Assembly (NCBI GenBank): GCA_977020255.1 | Contig: CDROCS010000506.1 | Span: 3,286,001-3,350,000 of the forward strand | Direction: 5' to 3' | DNA from: Obrimoposthia wandeli | Taxonomy: Eukaryota | Length of the DNA stretch: 64,000 nucleotides | In this document: piece by piece, positions 48,032 to 58,141 of the stretch | How positions within the stretch are numbered: the first letter of the stretch is position 1 | How the letters are laid out: each line of letters starts with the position of its first letter | Translations under genes and position numbers: made by a program | Notes under the pieces: generated by a model | Database searches by the model: none | Told to the model about the DNA's origin: nothing | What the model saw: the letters and a program-made list of their open reading frames with translations, nothing else

Positions 48032-48808
48032 ATGAGCGATTTAAAAGCAACAGCCCTAAAAGCACTTAGCCTGATTGACCTAACTACACTGAATGATAAT
48101 GATACCGATGAAAAAGTGATTGCCTTGTGCCATGCCGCTAAAACCGCGGTTGGTAACACCGCTGCAATTTGTATTTATCCGCGATTTATTCCGATAGCAA
48201 AGAAGACATTAAGAGAACAGGGCACGCCTGAAATCAGAATTGCGACAGTGACTAACTTCCCCCACGGTAACGATGATATTGCCATTGCAGTTGCAGAAAC
48301 AAAAGCCGCGATAGCTTACGGCGCAGATGATGTGGATGTTGTGTTCCCTTACCGTACGCTTATTGCGGGTGATGAGACGTTAGGTTTTGAATTGGTTAAG
48401 CAGTGTAAAGCAGCTTGTGGTGATACATTACTTAAAGTGATTATCGAGACTGGTGAGTTGAAAGAAGCGCATTTAATTAAGCGTGCTAGCGAAATTTGCA
48501 TCGAAGCAGGCGCTGACTTCATTAAGACGTCGACTGGCAAAGTAGCTGTTAATGCGACTCCAGAAGCCGCTGAAATCATGCTTAACGTGATTAAAGATAT
48601 GGGTGTTGCTCATCGTGTTGGTTTTAAACCAGCGGGCGGTATTCGCACAACTGAAGATGCGAAACTATTTTTAGATATGGCCGCTGACATTATGGGCCAA
48701 GAGTGGATTGATGCTGAGCATTATCGCTTTGGTGTATCAGGTCTACTAACTAGCTTACTGAATACCTTGGATGTAAGTGAGCAAGTCGCTGATCCTACTG
48801 CATACTAA
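48032..48808 (+). CDS. deoC: Deoxyribose-phosphate aldolase
   Basis: [37 protein letters not shown] and GFKPAGG. Confidence 0.96.
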   Translation: MSDLKATALKALSLIDLTTLNDNDTDEKVIALCHAAKTAVGNTAAICIYPRFIPIAKKTLREQGTPEIRIATVTNFPHGNDDIAIAVAETKAAIAYGADDVDVVFPYRTLIAGDETLGFELVKQCKAACGDTLLKVIIETGELKEAHLIKRASEICIEAGADFIKTSTGKVAVNATPEAAEIMLNVIKDMGVAHRVGFKPAGGIRTTEDAKLFLDMAADIMGQEWIDAEHYRFGVSGLLTSLLNTLDVSEQVADPTAY

Positions 48809-49025
48809 CTACTATAGATTGCGTTAGCTTAAGGCTTCAAATCATGGAATCAATATAGTCGTACTGATTGAGTTTGATGATACTGGTGACGAGTAGCTGT
48901 GAACCAGTACTTTTACTAGTTACGCGCCATTAGCTTAGCTAATATAATGGTGAGGTATTAGCAAGATACACCTGCCATGCAGACGAAAGTCTAAATCATA
49001 AAAGAAATTCATTACCTTTTGTGTG

Positions 49026-49059
49026 AAATCCCACTTATTTGCAGTAAGTGGGATTTTTT
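49026..49059 (+). terminator. Intrinsic terminator ~220 nt after deoC
   Basis: AAATCCCACTTA-TTTGCAG-TAAGTGGGATTTTTT. Confidence 0.85.
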
Positions 49060-49207
49060 CGATCGTGTAATATTAAGTCTTACATTTTTCATATAATCCG
49101 TGCTGTGTAATTAAATGCAAAGGTACCACTAAAGAGTGGTTTCACTGTTGTGTTCAGCCAAAAGGATTATAGAATAAAGGATGTGTATTTCGTATTAAGG
49201 CCGCTCG

Positions 49208-49561
49208 ATGAATAAAAGTAGCATAGCATCCGTCCTCGTTTTATTAGCTTTAAGCTACCTTAGTTACAATAAATTTTATGCTGAACCTAAGGAAGTCGCT
49301 GCGTCAGCTAAAAGTGTCATGTTACAGATGGCGGTAAAGGAAAAATGGATTGATGCTTTTGATTTAATGGCTGAGGTAGGTGTTGGAACTGGTGATTTAC
49401 AAAGTGAAATCGAGGTTACATCGAATTATGATAATGTCGTGCATGCGACAGGAAAAATAGCCTATTCATCGGCAACGCATGCAATGTGTAAAGATGTCGA
49501 TTTTTCATTTAAAACGGGTACGTTAAATACGTATAACATCACGAAAGAAAGTGATTGTTAG
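49208..49561 (+). CDS. Hypothetical exported/membrane-anchored protein
   Basis: 117-aa ORF with N-terminal hydrophobic segment and two Cys near the C-terminus; family not recognised. Confidence 0.6.
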   Translation: MNKSSIASVLVLLALSYLSYNKFYAEPKEVAASAKSVMLQMAVKEKWIDAFDLMAEVGVGTGDLQSEIEVTSNYDNVVHATGKIAYSSATHAMCKDVDFSFKTGTLNTYNITKESDC

Positions 49562-49575
49562 TGCCCCCTTTTTAT

Positions 49576-51231
49576 TTATGATTGCCTTCTGCTTATCGCT
49601 TGATGTTTTACATCCAAGCTAGCGTCAAATAATTGGAAATTATTACGGCCACAATTTTTGGCTTTATAAAGGGCTAGATCGGCATATTTCAGTAATGTTT
49701 TCGATTCATGAGAATGTAATGGAGCGATGCTGATCCCGATGCTACAGGTAATGTGAAAATTGTATTGCTCAATATTGATACCACAACGAAGAGACTTCAG
49801 GATCTTTTGTGCAATAAGTTGAACAGGCGCTGGCGTAGATACATCCTGAAGTAAGATCGTGAATTCGTCTCCACCAAGGCGAGAAACGGTGTCCTCTGAA
49901 CGCACGCAATCAATGAGTCTATGCGAGACCTCTTTTAATAACTCATCACCGATGTCATGACCATAAGTATCATTAATGGTTTTAAAGTGATCTAAATCAA
50001 GCATGATAACCCCGATACCAGCGTCTTTTTGGCGGTGTAAGATCTCCGTCGATTGATTCAAGCGATCATATAACAAGCGTCGATTTGCTAAGCCTGTTAG
50101 TGGATCGTAAAGCGCTATTTTCTCTATCTTAATTTGCTGATCTTTCTGTGTGGTTATGTCTTCGCTGACACTAATAAAATGGCTTATCTCACCTCGATCA
50201 TCCATCACCGGAGAGATCGACATCAGCGACCAATAATACGCGCCGTGTTTCGTTCGATTAAAGGTTTCACCATGCCAGTTTTTACCTGCAAGTATGGTGA
50301 TCCATAATTCTTCATGACATGCTGGTGGCGTTTCTTTGGTACTGATAATACTCGGTGTCTGCCCGATTGCCTCTGATTCACTGTAGCCAGTTACTTCGCT
50401 GAACCGTGGGTTAATGTATTCAATTATGCCGTGTTTATCTGTGATCATGATGGAACTGGCACTGTGTTCGACTGCTCTTGAGAGTTTTTGCAGTTGTACT
50501 TCATTTTGTTTATGGGCGGTAATATTGCTAATGAAAGCAAAAAAGCCAGTGTTGTCATTCATGGCTGTAGCAGTTAAGCGTACATTTATCGGCTGGCCAT
50601 TTTTATGGCTAATAATCAAATCTTCACGCCAGTATTGCTGAATACCAGGACGGTTTAATGCTGATGTAAAAATATGTTTAAATTCAGATGCAATATAATG
50701 AGTGATTGAATTTGTCTTTAATTCAGCGAGATCATACCCGGTTAACTCGCACAGGGCCTGATTGGCAAAGGTAATATTGAAATGGTTGTCAGCAATCAAA
50801 AAACCTTCCGATGTCGTTTCAATCGCGGTTCTAAATTGCTGTTCACTTTTGACTAAGGCTACCTCGGCTTGGCGCTGTAGGGTTTTATCATGGACGATAG
50901 AATACAATACAGTGTGGTCGCCAGGTTTAAGGACGCCGGAATAAACGCATACATCTCGGATCTCGCCGCTATGGGTGATTATTCTATAATCTTGTTTAAA
51001 GGATTCTGTATTAGCTGCTAATAGAGTATCTGCTTCTGCAGTAATACGCTCTTTATCATCGGGATGGATAATGTCGGAAAACAGATGTAATTTAGACTGG
51101 AATGACGCTGCGGTATAGCCAAACTGCTCAATATTTTTAGTGACAGATAAGACCGGCCATTCAGCTTCAAAGCGCCAAGTAAAACATATCGGTTGATCTT
51201 GTGTCTTTAATCCTTTATCTGATAATCCCAT
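49576..51231 (-). CDS. Cytoplasmic PAS-PAS-PAS diguanylate cyclase
   Basis: PAS features (IIHPDD, FANQALCELTGY, YINPRFSEVTGY), YDPLTGLANR, LDLDHFKTINDTYGH, I-site RSED and RLGGDEF; no EAL. Confidence 0.9.
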   Translation of the reverse strand: MGLSDKGLKTQDQPICFTWRFEAEWPVLSVTKNIEQFGYTAASFQSKLHLFSDIIHPDDKERITAEADTLLAANTESFKQDYRIITHSGEIRDVCVYSGVLKPGDHTVLYSIVHDKTLQRQAEVALVKSEQQFRTAIETTSEGFLIADNHFNITFANQALCELTGYDLAELKTNSITHYIASEFKHIFTSALNRPGIQQYWREDLIISHKNGQPINVRLTATAMNDNTGFFAFISNITAHKQNEVQLQKLSRAVEHSASSIMITDKHGIIEYINPRFSEVTGYSESEAIGQTPSIISTKETPPACHEELWITILAGKNWHGETFNRTKHGAYYWSLMSISPVMDDRGEISHFISVSEDITTQKDQQIKIEKIALYDPLTGLANRRLLYDRLNQSTEILHRQKDAGIGVIMLDLDHFKTINDTYGHDIGDELLKEVSHRLIDCVRSEDTVSRLGGDEFTILLQDVSTPAPVQLIAQKILKSLRCGINIEQYNFHITCSIGISIAPLHSHESKTLLKYADLALYKAKNCGRNNFQLFDASLDVKHQAISRRQS

Positions 51232-51462
51232 CAGTTATTCCTTTCGACTTAATATCGCTTGTCCATAGAGATGCCATGATATAGCTGTTATCTATCACCG
51301 AATTATTTTATCAGTCCCGGGACGTAACTAAATTGATTAATGTCAATTGCTTATGTGCGTATTTGTCAATGTACACCAAGGGGGACTTGTATCAGTGGAG
51401 GGGATATCTGCATCGGTTCGAATGATTCGCATAGATTCTGTCATTATTGTTGTCTAAATAAT

Positions 51463-51491
51463 AAAAAACCAACAGCTTTCACTGTTGGTTT
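51463..51491 (-). terminator. Terminator after lldP
   Basis: AAAAAACCAACAG-CTTTCA-CTGTTGGTTT with A-run giving a U-tract on the minus strand. Confidence 0.75.
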
Positions 51492-51564
51492 ATCATTTAA
51501 AAAAATTATCAAGTAGGGCAATACACCCCACCAATCACTCTATAAGTGATACTCCAAGTTACCG

Positions 51565-53157
51565 TTAAAGTAGCGTACTCATTACCGCTGCAATCAGTCC
51601 GTAGATAATCATCGGAACAACAGTACGTTTAATGATGTAACCTTCTTTATTCGAGATACCCAAGATAGTCGATACCGCAATAATATTGTTAATGCATACC
51701 ATGTTACCCATAGCGCCACCAACAGATTGTAGTGCCAAGATAGTTGTTTCTGGTAAGCCTACAGTTGTTGCAATCGTTTGTTGAATGCCACCAAATGTAA
51801 GGTTCGATACCGTCGCTGAGCCTGAGAAGAATGCACCTAACGCGCCAAGGTAAGCGGACGCAAACTGCCAATTAGTACCCATCAAATCAGAGAACGCCAT
51901 ACCGATGATAAGGATAGGGGAGTTTTCACCGCCAGCCATCATCAGCTTAACCATAATCAATGCGCCAATTAGCGTAATGAAAGGCATTTTTATACGGCTA
52001 CCAGTCTCAGTGAATACCTGCTTAACCATGCTGCCTTTAAGTTTAAACAGTGGGATAGAAATCAGTACCACTAATAAGAAAGGAACAAGCGCTGGTACAT
52101 AAAGCGCTTTATAAGCCCAAGCTACGTTAGTACCAAGGATGTTGCTTAACTTAAAGATTAACGCTTGGCTAATACTAAAGTCACCAAAGCTACCAAACGA
52201 TACCGAGAATGCTTCAGTTGCATCCGTCAGCATTGATTTAATACCAAGCTGTTTAATACGCGTCACAATTAAGATAACGATTAACAGGATTGTCGGCGTC
52301 ATGGCTTTGAATATTTGCCCACGGCTGATGACTGTTTTCGCCGTATTGTTATCGTCAGCACTCGCGGTAACTTTAGCTAGACCGATGTTTAACTTAGCTA
52401 AACCAATCGAGATAGTCATACCAATCGCGCCGCCTACTAATGCAGGGAATTCATAGTTCCATTGTGCGAACAAGAAATACGGGATAGTACAAGACAATGT
52501 GCTTAATAGAATGAAGAAGTAGTTACGACGGATCTCAGTCCAAGACGTGACAAAGCGCAGTGCTAATACCGGAATAACAAACGCGGCGACAAAGTGGATC
52601 ATCGCTGTTTGCTGACCAATCTCAAGTAATGCTGAATCAGTTAAACCTAAGTTTGAAAAACCAAACCAAGTCGGCGTACCCACTGCACCGAACGATACAG
52701 GTACCGAGTTCATTACTAGCGCTAACATCGCTACTTGTAATGGTGGGAAGCCTAAGCCAACCAAGATAGGCGCGGCAATCGCTGCGGGTGTACCAAAGCC
52801 TGACGCACCTTCAATCATGAAGGCAAACGCCCAACCAATGATCATTAACTGAGCAACTTTATTACGGCTGATGCCTTCTAACCAGCGGCTAATGGTATTT
52901 TCAGCCCCAGATAAGCACATCATGCGGTTCATCAAAATTGCCCCGGCAATAATCGATATTGGGGTAATCGCTGACAAACTTCCGGCAATCACGTTTGCCC
53001 AGATAAGTGTCAGGTCAGTTTGGAAGTAAAAGATCTGTAGTGCTGCTACAAACAATGCTGTCACTGGTAGTGCAATGTACGAAGGTACACCATTCTTTTT
53101 CGTCATCATCCATATAAGGACGAGGATTGGCATCATTGCCAAGATTAGGGATGTCAT
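51565..53157 (-). CDS. lldP: L-lactate permease
   Basis: IEGASGFGTPAAI, PVSFGAVGTP, GAFFSGSATVSNL and GGAMGNM. Probable start ATG 53157 (GGAG lies in the upstream ATGGAG). Confidence 0.92.
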   Translation of the reverse strand: MTSLILAMMPILVLIWMMTKKNGVPSYIALPVTALFVAALQIFYFQTDLTLIWANVIAGSLSAITPISIIAGAILMNRMMCLSGAENTISRWLEGISRNKVAQLMIIGWAFAFMIEGASGFGTPAAIAAPILVGLGFPPLQVAMLALVMNSVPVSFGAVGTPTWFGFSNLGLTDSALLEIGQQTAMIHFVAAFVIPVLALRFVTSWTEIRRNYFFILLSTLSCTIPYFLFAQWNYEFPALVGGAIGMTISIGLAKLNIGLAKVTASADDNNTAKTVISRGQIFKAMTPTILLIVILIVTRIKQLGIKSMLTDATEAFSVSFGSFGDFSISQALIFKLSNILGTNVAWAYKALYVPALVPFLLVVLISIPLFKLKGSMVKQVFTETGSRIKMPFITLIGALIMVKLMMAGGENSPILIIGMAFSDLMGTNWQFASAYLGALGAFFSGSATVSNLTFGGIQQTIATTVGLPETTILALQSVGGAMGNMVCINNIIAVSTILGISNKEGYIIKRTVVPMIIYGLIAAVMSTLL

Positions 53158-54008
53158 TGCTACCCACTCCATGTGTGCTCAGGCTATAGTCTATCGGGTT
53201 TACGCAGATAGTTATGCATGAGTCTATTTATAATATTGTTTGAATGTATTGTTGATAAAGTACAGTTACGTTAATCTCTGCGCTTTTCGAATACTCGTGT
53301 CTTGTGGGGGATGGATTGTAAGAGCTTGAGCCGTAAACTCCACCCCTCTTTTGAGGTATGTAATTAGGCGTATAGGCGACAAACGTGACATAAACAATGA
53401 CGTGTAAAAAAGTGTAAATCATCAAATTATATATAATCAATGACTTAGCTTTCTTACAATAATGATGAATAAATGATTGTAGCTGTATTAGAAACAGTGA
53501 TTGTCATAATACACGGTAATAAAACGGTGAGTCATTATCGATAAATTAAGCGATTCATGGATTTAGTGCAATTAGGTAAAAATTTTTGATGAAATTCAAC
53601 TACAAAAAATAGGGTTTATCTATTTATAAGCATTAATACGTTATTTTATTACCACATAATGCACTCTTAAAATCCCTTGTCCTATCTATTACGAAGCCTT
53701 AATTAGGCCTATCGTTAAACCGATGACCAAGCGCGAGTAACTGCTGACTAATTGCACTAAACCAAAAATAGCGGCATTACCATTAATGTCGAACTTCATT
53801 GTTTCCATATTTGATCTAATAGCACTTCACTTTCTAGCTACATTAAAATTTAACTCATTGTTTTAAATTGAGTTGTCATTTTTAACAAAAAGTTAAGATC
53901 ACACAGTACCGACAATTTACATATTTATGGGCGCTAATCACGTTCGTTTTTTGCCATGCTTACTTATATCATGCCCCAAAAAATAAGCTCGGTGAGCAAG
54001 GTGAGATA

Positions 54009-54791
54009 ATGAAAGTTAATTTTTTTGTAACCTGTCTATGTGACGTCGTTAAGTCGAACGTAGCTAAAAAAACAGTGCTATTACTAGAACAGTTAGGCTG
54101 CGAAGTAATATTCCCGAAAGAGCAAGGCTGCTGTGGTCAACCGTCATTGAATAGCGGGTATATCGAATCAAGCAAGCCAGCGATGAAATCACTAATCTGC
54201 GCTTTTGAAGGTAATGACTATCCAATCGTGACGCCAGCGGGTTCATGCGCGGCAGCGGTAAAAAAATACCCTGAGTACTTAGCAGATGAACCAGAGTGGG
54301 CGGCGCGTGCGCAAGCAGTATCGGATCGCTTGTTCGAATTAACTCAGTTTATTGTTAACGAACTGAAAGTTGAAAACGTCGGCGCTAAATTACCTGGGCG
54401 CGGGGTTTACCATCCTTCTTGTAGTCTTATCCGTAAATTAGGTGTGCGTGAGGAACCACTTAAATTATTGGGTAATGTCGAAGGGTTAGAATTAGTCGGC
54501 ATTAAAAACCAAGAAACCTGCTGTGGCTTTGGTGGCACCTTCTCAATCAAAATGGCTGAAATATCTGGCGAAATGGTCAAAGAGAAAGCCGCTAATATAA
54601 CTGCTGTTACCCCTGATTACTTAATCGGTGCTGATGTGAGTTGTCTAATGAACATCGCCGGACGTTTATCGCGTGAAGGTAAAACAGTAAAAGTGCTACA
54701 TATTGTGGATGTGCTAATGAGCAACGTTGTTGATGATCTGAGCCCGCCAACGATTACAAATAATGATAGCCTTACCGTGGAGGTTAACTAA
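54009..54791 (+). CDS. lldE: L-lactate dehydrogenase Fe-S subunit LldE/LutA/YkgE
   Basis: [31 protein letters not shown] and DVSCLMNI. Confidence 0.92.
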   Translation: MKVNFFVTCLCDVVKSNVAKKTVLLLEQLGCEVIFPKEQGCCGQPSLNSGYIESSKPAMKSLICAFEGNDYPIVTPAGSCAAAVKKYPEYLADEPEWAARAQAVSDRLFELTQFIVNELKVENVGAKLPGRGVYHPSCSLIRKLGVREEPLKLLGNVEGLELVGIKNQETCCGFGGTFSIKMAEISGEMVKEKAANITAVTPDYLIGADVSCLMNIAGRLSREGKTVKVLHIVDVLMSNVVDDLSPPTITNNDSLTVEVN

Positions 54792-54792
54792 T

Positions 54793-56271
54793 ATGTCGAT
54801 GAAAACCAGTGATGTGATCTTTAAACAGCGTATTAAAGATCAAATGCAAGATAGCTTTATGCGTAAATCGGTAGCTAATGCCCAAGAGCGTATGTTCACT
54901 AATCGTCAATTAGCCGCCGACAAACTCGGTAACTGGGATGAGTGGCGTGAAAACGGTAAGCAGATCCGTGAGCATGTATTAGACAACCTTGACTATTACT
55001 TGCATCAGTTGAGTGAAAACGTGCAAAAAGCCGGTGGTCATGTGTTTTTTGCTGAAACATCGGAGCAAGCCACAGACTATATTGAAAATATAATCCAAGA
55101 AAAAGACGCTAAAAAAGTCGTCAAATCTAAATCCATGGTGACTGAAGAAATTGGCTTGAACGCCGTTATTCAACGTAACAACTGCGAAGTGATTGAAACC
55201 GATTTAGGTGAATACATTTTACAAGTGGATGATTGCGATCCACCGTCACATATCGTCGTTCCAGCGCTGCACAAAAACCGTGAACAGATCCGCGGTGTAT
55301 TCGAAGATAAGATTGGCTATAAAGGCAGTTCTGATCCCGAAGAAATGACACGTTTTGTGCGTGAACACATTCGTCATGACTTTATCGAAGCAGACATTGG
55401 TATCACCGGCTGTAACTTTGCGGTTGCCGAGTCAGGTTCAATTAGCTTAGTGACAAACGAAGGTAATGCTCGATTAGCCACTTCATTACCAAAAGTACAT
55501 ATCGCTGTGATGGGGATGGAGCGTATTGTCCCTACCTTTGAAGAACTGGATATCATGGTTAGCTTGTTATGCCGTAGTGCGGTTGGTCTGCCATTAACGG
55601 GTTATGTCACCGCTATTACGGGTCCACGAGAATCCAATGATATGGATGGCGCTGAAGAGTTCCATTTAGTGATCTTAGATAACGGTCGTTCAGACATTCT
55701 AGCCTCAGAGTTTAAAGATATTTTACGTTGTATCCGTTGCGCTGCCTGTGTGAATACGTGTCCTGCTTATCGCCACATTGGTGGTCAATCTTATGGTTCT
55801 ATCTACTCAGGACCGATTGGCGCGGTATTGTCACCACTGCTAGGTGGTTATGATGATTTCCAAGATTTACCGTATGCCTGTTCGTTATGCCAAGCGTGTA
55901 ATGATGTCTGTCCGGTTAAGATCCCACTATCAGATTTGTTATTAAAACACCGTGAAAAAATGGTGATTAAAAAGATCACACCATTGGCTGAACGACTAAC
56001 GGTATCGGCATTTAACTACCTTAATTCAAGTCCTAAGTTGTGGAACATGGCGATGAAGGTGGGCGGTAAAGTTGCGCCGAAAGTGATTAAAGATGGCAAG
56101 TTACCGATTAACGTTGGCGCTGTTGCTGAATGGACTGAAGCCCGCGACCTACCACAACCAGATGGCGAGTCATTCCGCAGTTGGTTTGCTAACCGTGATA
56201 CCGATGCAGGTAAAGAGTTGGCCGCTGTCACAGGTATCGTTGAAGCTAAAGCTAATAAGAGTGAGAAATAA
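54793..56271 (+). CDS. lldF: L-lactate dehydrogenase Fe-S subunit LldF/LutB/YkgF
   Basis: [39 protein letters not shown] and [12 protein letters not shown]. Start ATG 54793 after GGAGG. Confidence 0.93.
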   Translation: MSMKTSDVIFKQRIKDQMQDSFMRKSVANAQERMFTNRQLAADKLGNWDEWRENGKQIREHVLDNLDYYLHQLSENVQKAGGHVFFAETSEQATDYIENIIQEKDAKKVVKSKSMVTEEIGLNAVIQRNNCEVIETDLGEYILQVDDCDPPSHIVVPALHKNREQIRGVFEDKIGYKGSSDPEEMTRFVREHIRHDFIEADIGITGCNFAVAESGSISLVTNEGNARLATSLPKVHIAVMGMERIVPTFEELDIMVSLLCRSAVGLPLTGYVTAITGPRESNDMDGAEEFHLVILDNGRSDILASEFKDILRCIRCAACVNTCPAYRHIGGQSYGSIYSGPIGAVLSPLLGGYDDFQDLPYACSLCQACNDVCPVKIPLSDLLLKHREKMVIKKITPLAERLTVSAFNYLNSSPKLWNMAMKVGGKVAPKVIKDGKLPINVGAVAEWTEARDLPQPDGESFRSWFANRDTDAGKELAAVTGIVEAKANKSEK

Positions 56272-56987
56272 TGATGCAAGCTAAGATACATAATCGCGAT
56301 AGTTTTTTGGGTTCATTGGCATCTAAACTAGGGCGCGAAATTAATACCAAAGGCGTTGTTCGTCCGCCATTGCCGCATAACCCGCATCATGATGTGATGG
56401 CAGGCTTTAGCCAACAACAACTTGCTGATGCACTTTTAGAGTTTACTAAGACTAATTTAAACTCGTTAGGTGTGAGCTGTACTAAAGCTGAATTAAATGA
56501 AACCTTAATCAGTATTTGTACTGGTTTCCGCGCTGGTAAAATTGTCGTGTCAGGTGATAATCGCTTGGCTGAGCTCGACGTGGCTAATAGTTTAAAATTA
56601 CAATTTGATGATGTCTATACTTGGGATCTTGACCAAGCTCATGCTGTTAATATCAAGCAAGCAGAACAAGCGAAAGTCGGTATAGTCTTCGCTGAACAAG
56701 CGTTAGCAGAGTCGGGTACCATGGTGTTGCACAGCGCGGCATCGCATGGTCGTTCGGTCAGTCTATTACCAGAAACATCGGTATTCTTGGTACCACAAAG
56801 CCAAATTGTGCCGCGTATTACCCAAGCTGCGAAAGTGCTGCATGATAAAGCCCAAGCAGGTGAGCGTTTACCGTCTTGTGTTAACTTTATCTCAGGCCCT
56901 AGTTCAACAGCTGATATTGAGTTAATCAAAGTAGTGGGTGTGCATGGTCCTATTCATGCCGCTTATGTTGTTATTGCTGATATGTAG
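56271..56987 (+). CDS. lldG: L-lactate utilisation protein LldG/LutC/YkgG
   Basis: ALAESGT, RSVSLLPE, FISGPSSTADIE and GVHGP. Confidence 0.92.
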   Translation: MMQAKIHNRDSFLGSLASKLGREINTKGVVRPPLPHNPHHDVMAGFSQQQLADALLEFTKTNLNSLGVSCTKAELNETLISICTGFRAGKIVVSGDNRLAELDVANSLKLQFDDVYTWDLDQAHAVNIKQAEQAKVGIVFAEQALAESGTMVLHSAASHGRSVSLLPETSVFLVPQSQIVPRITQAAKVLHDKAQAGERLPSCVNFISGPSSTADIELIKVVGVHGPIHAAYVVIADM

Positions 56988-57070
56988 TTGTTACGTAAAC
57001 GCCCTCGTTATCTATGGGCGTTTGCGTGTATAATTATACCGTCCCTTTATTTTAGTAAACCGAGAATTGC

Positions 57071-57973
57071 ATGCCGCAAATTGATGATTTAGTGTTATTT
57101 ACCCAAGTGATAGAACTCGGTTCGTTTAGCAAAGTAGCTGAAGCGAACAAGGTCACTAAGTCTGTGGTGAGTAAACGTATCAGCCGATTAGAAGAAGACT
57201 TGGGTGTGCAGCTCATCTTTCGGACTACCCGTAAGCTGACATTAACTGAAGCCGGTGAAATGTTGTTTTACCGTGCTAAAGGTATCGCCCAAACGGCTAA
57301 GAATGCCTTTGATACCGTGACCAGTTACAGTGAAACTTTAGCGGGTCACATCAAGATGTCAGTACCCACTATCTCGGGTGAGCTTTTATTAGCTAGAGCG
57401 GTGTCTGAGTTTTGTGAAAAGCATCCCGGGTTAACCGTGGATATGTCGATGAATAATGATTTTGTCGATTTGGTTGCCGATGGTTATGACTTGGTGATCC
57501 GTACTGGTCATTTAGAAGATTCCAGTTTGATTGCTCGCCATATCTTTAACTCGCGTTGGATGATCTGCGCCAGTCCTGAGTATTTAGCGCAGCAAGGTGA
57601 GCCACAATTCCCCGAGCAACTGGCACCGTATAATTGCTTAGGTTATACCTGTCAAACTAGCGGTGCATTCAATTGGTTATTCACCCATGATGACGCCCCG
57701 TACAATGTCAAAGTATCGGGTAACTTTAGTTCTAACAATGCAGTGGCGTTAAAGCAAGCCGCATTGGCAGGGAAGGGCTTAGCCTACTTACCAAAATGTT
57801 TGGTTTATAACGAATTAGATAGTGGCAAGCTGGTGGAAGTATTATCACAGCAAACGGCCAAGGTGATCGGTATTTATGCCGTGTATCCGTATACCCGCAA
57901 GCCAGCTAAAAAAGTGCAATTACTGATTGAACATATCCGCGCTTGTTATCTGGACATGAAAGAGAACTTTTAA
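57071..57973 (+). CDS. LysR-family regulator downstream of lldEFG
   Basis: GSFSKVA...KSVVSKRISRLE...LIFRTTRKLTLTEAG; same subfamily as 42729..43634. Confidence 0.92.
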   Translation: MPQIDDLVLFTQVIELGSFSKVAEANKVTKSVVSKRISRLEEDLGVQLIFRTTRKLTLTEAGEMLFYRAKGIAQTAKNAFDTVTSYSETLAGHIKMSVPTISGELLLARAVSEFCEKHPGLTVDMSMNNDFVDLVADGYDLVIRTGHLEDSSLIARHIFNSRWMICASPEYLAQQGEPQFPEQLAPYNCLGYTCQTSGAFNWLFTHDDAPYNVKVSGNFSSNNAVALKQAALAGKGLAYLPKCLVYNELDSGKLVEVLSQQTAKVIGIYAVYPYTRKPAKKVQLLIEHIRACYLDMKENF

Positions 57974-58141
57974 TTGTTTTCCAATATCGTCATAAATACG
58001 TTAGATCACCATTAATCTAGCGCGATCTATTAACGCCAATTAAGCTTTTGGTTATTGATTTCACCTACAACTTAAAAAGTAGGTGAAAATATCGCTAATT
58101 GTATTACAATCCAGTTCCTTTTTTTGTAATGCGAACTCTTC

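Noticed and set aside
48855-48990. Possible hammerhead or other self-cleaving ribozyme (TGATGA ... GACGAAAGTC)
   Set aside because: No exact CUGAUGA core and the stems do not assemble into a three-way junction with GAAA/UH; kept only as a generic structured-RNA candidate.
51405-51432. GGTTCGAAT, tRNA T-loop-like string
   Set aside because: No T-stem, acceptor stem, D-arm or anticodon arm around it.
53562-53761. MITE interpretation of the 14-bp inverted repeats
   Set aside because: No target-site duplication and no second copy in the window; retained as a candidate operator pair instead.
56997-57023. AAACGCCC/GGGCGTTT hairpin between lldG and LysR
   Set aside because: No U-tract on the sense strand; it may be a stabilising or processing hairpin but is not supportable as a terminator.
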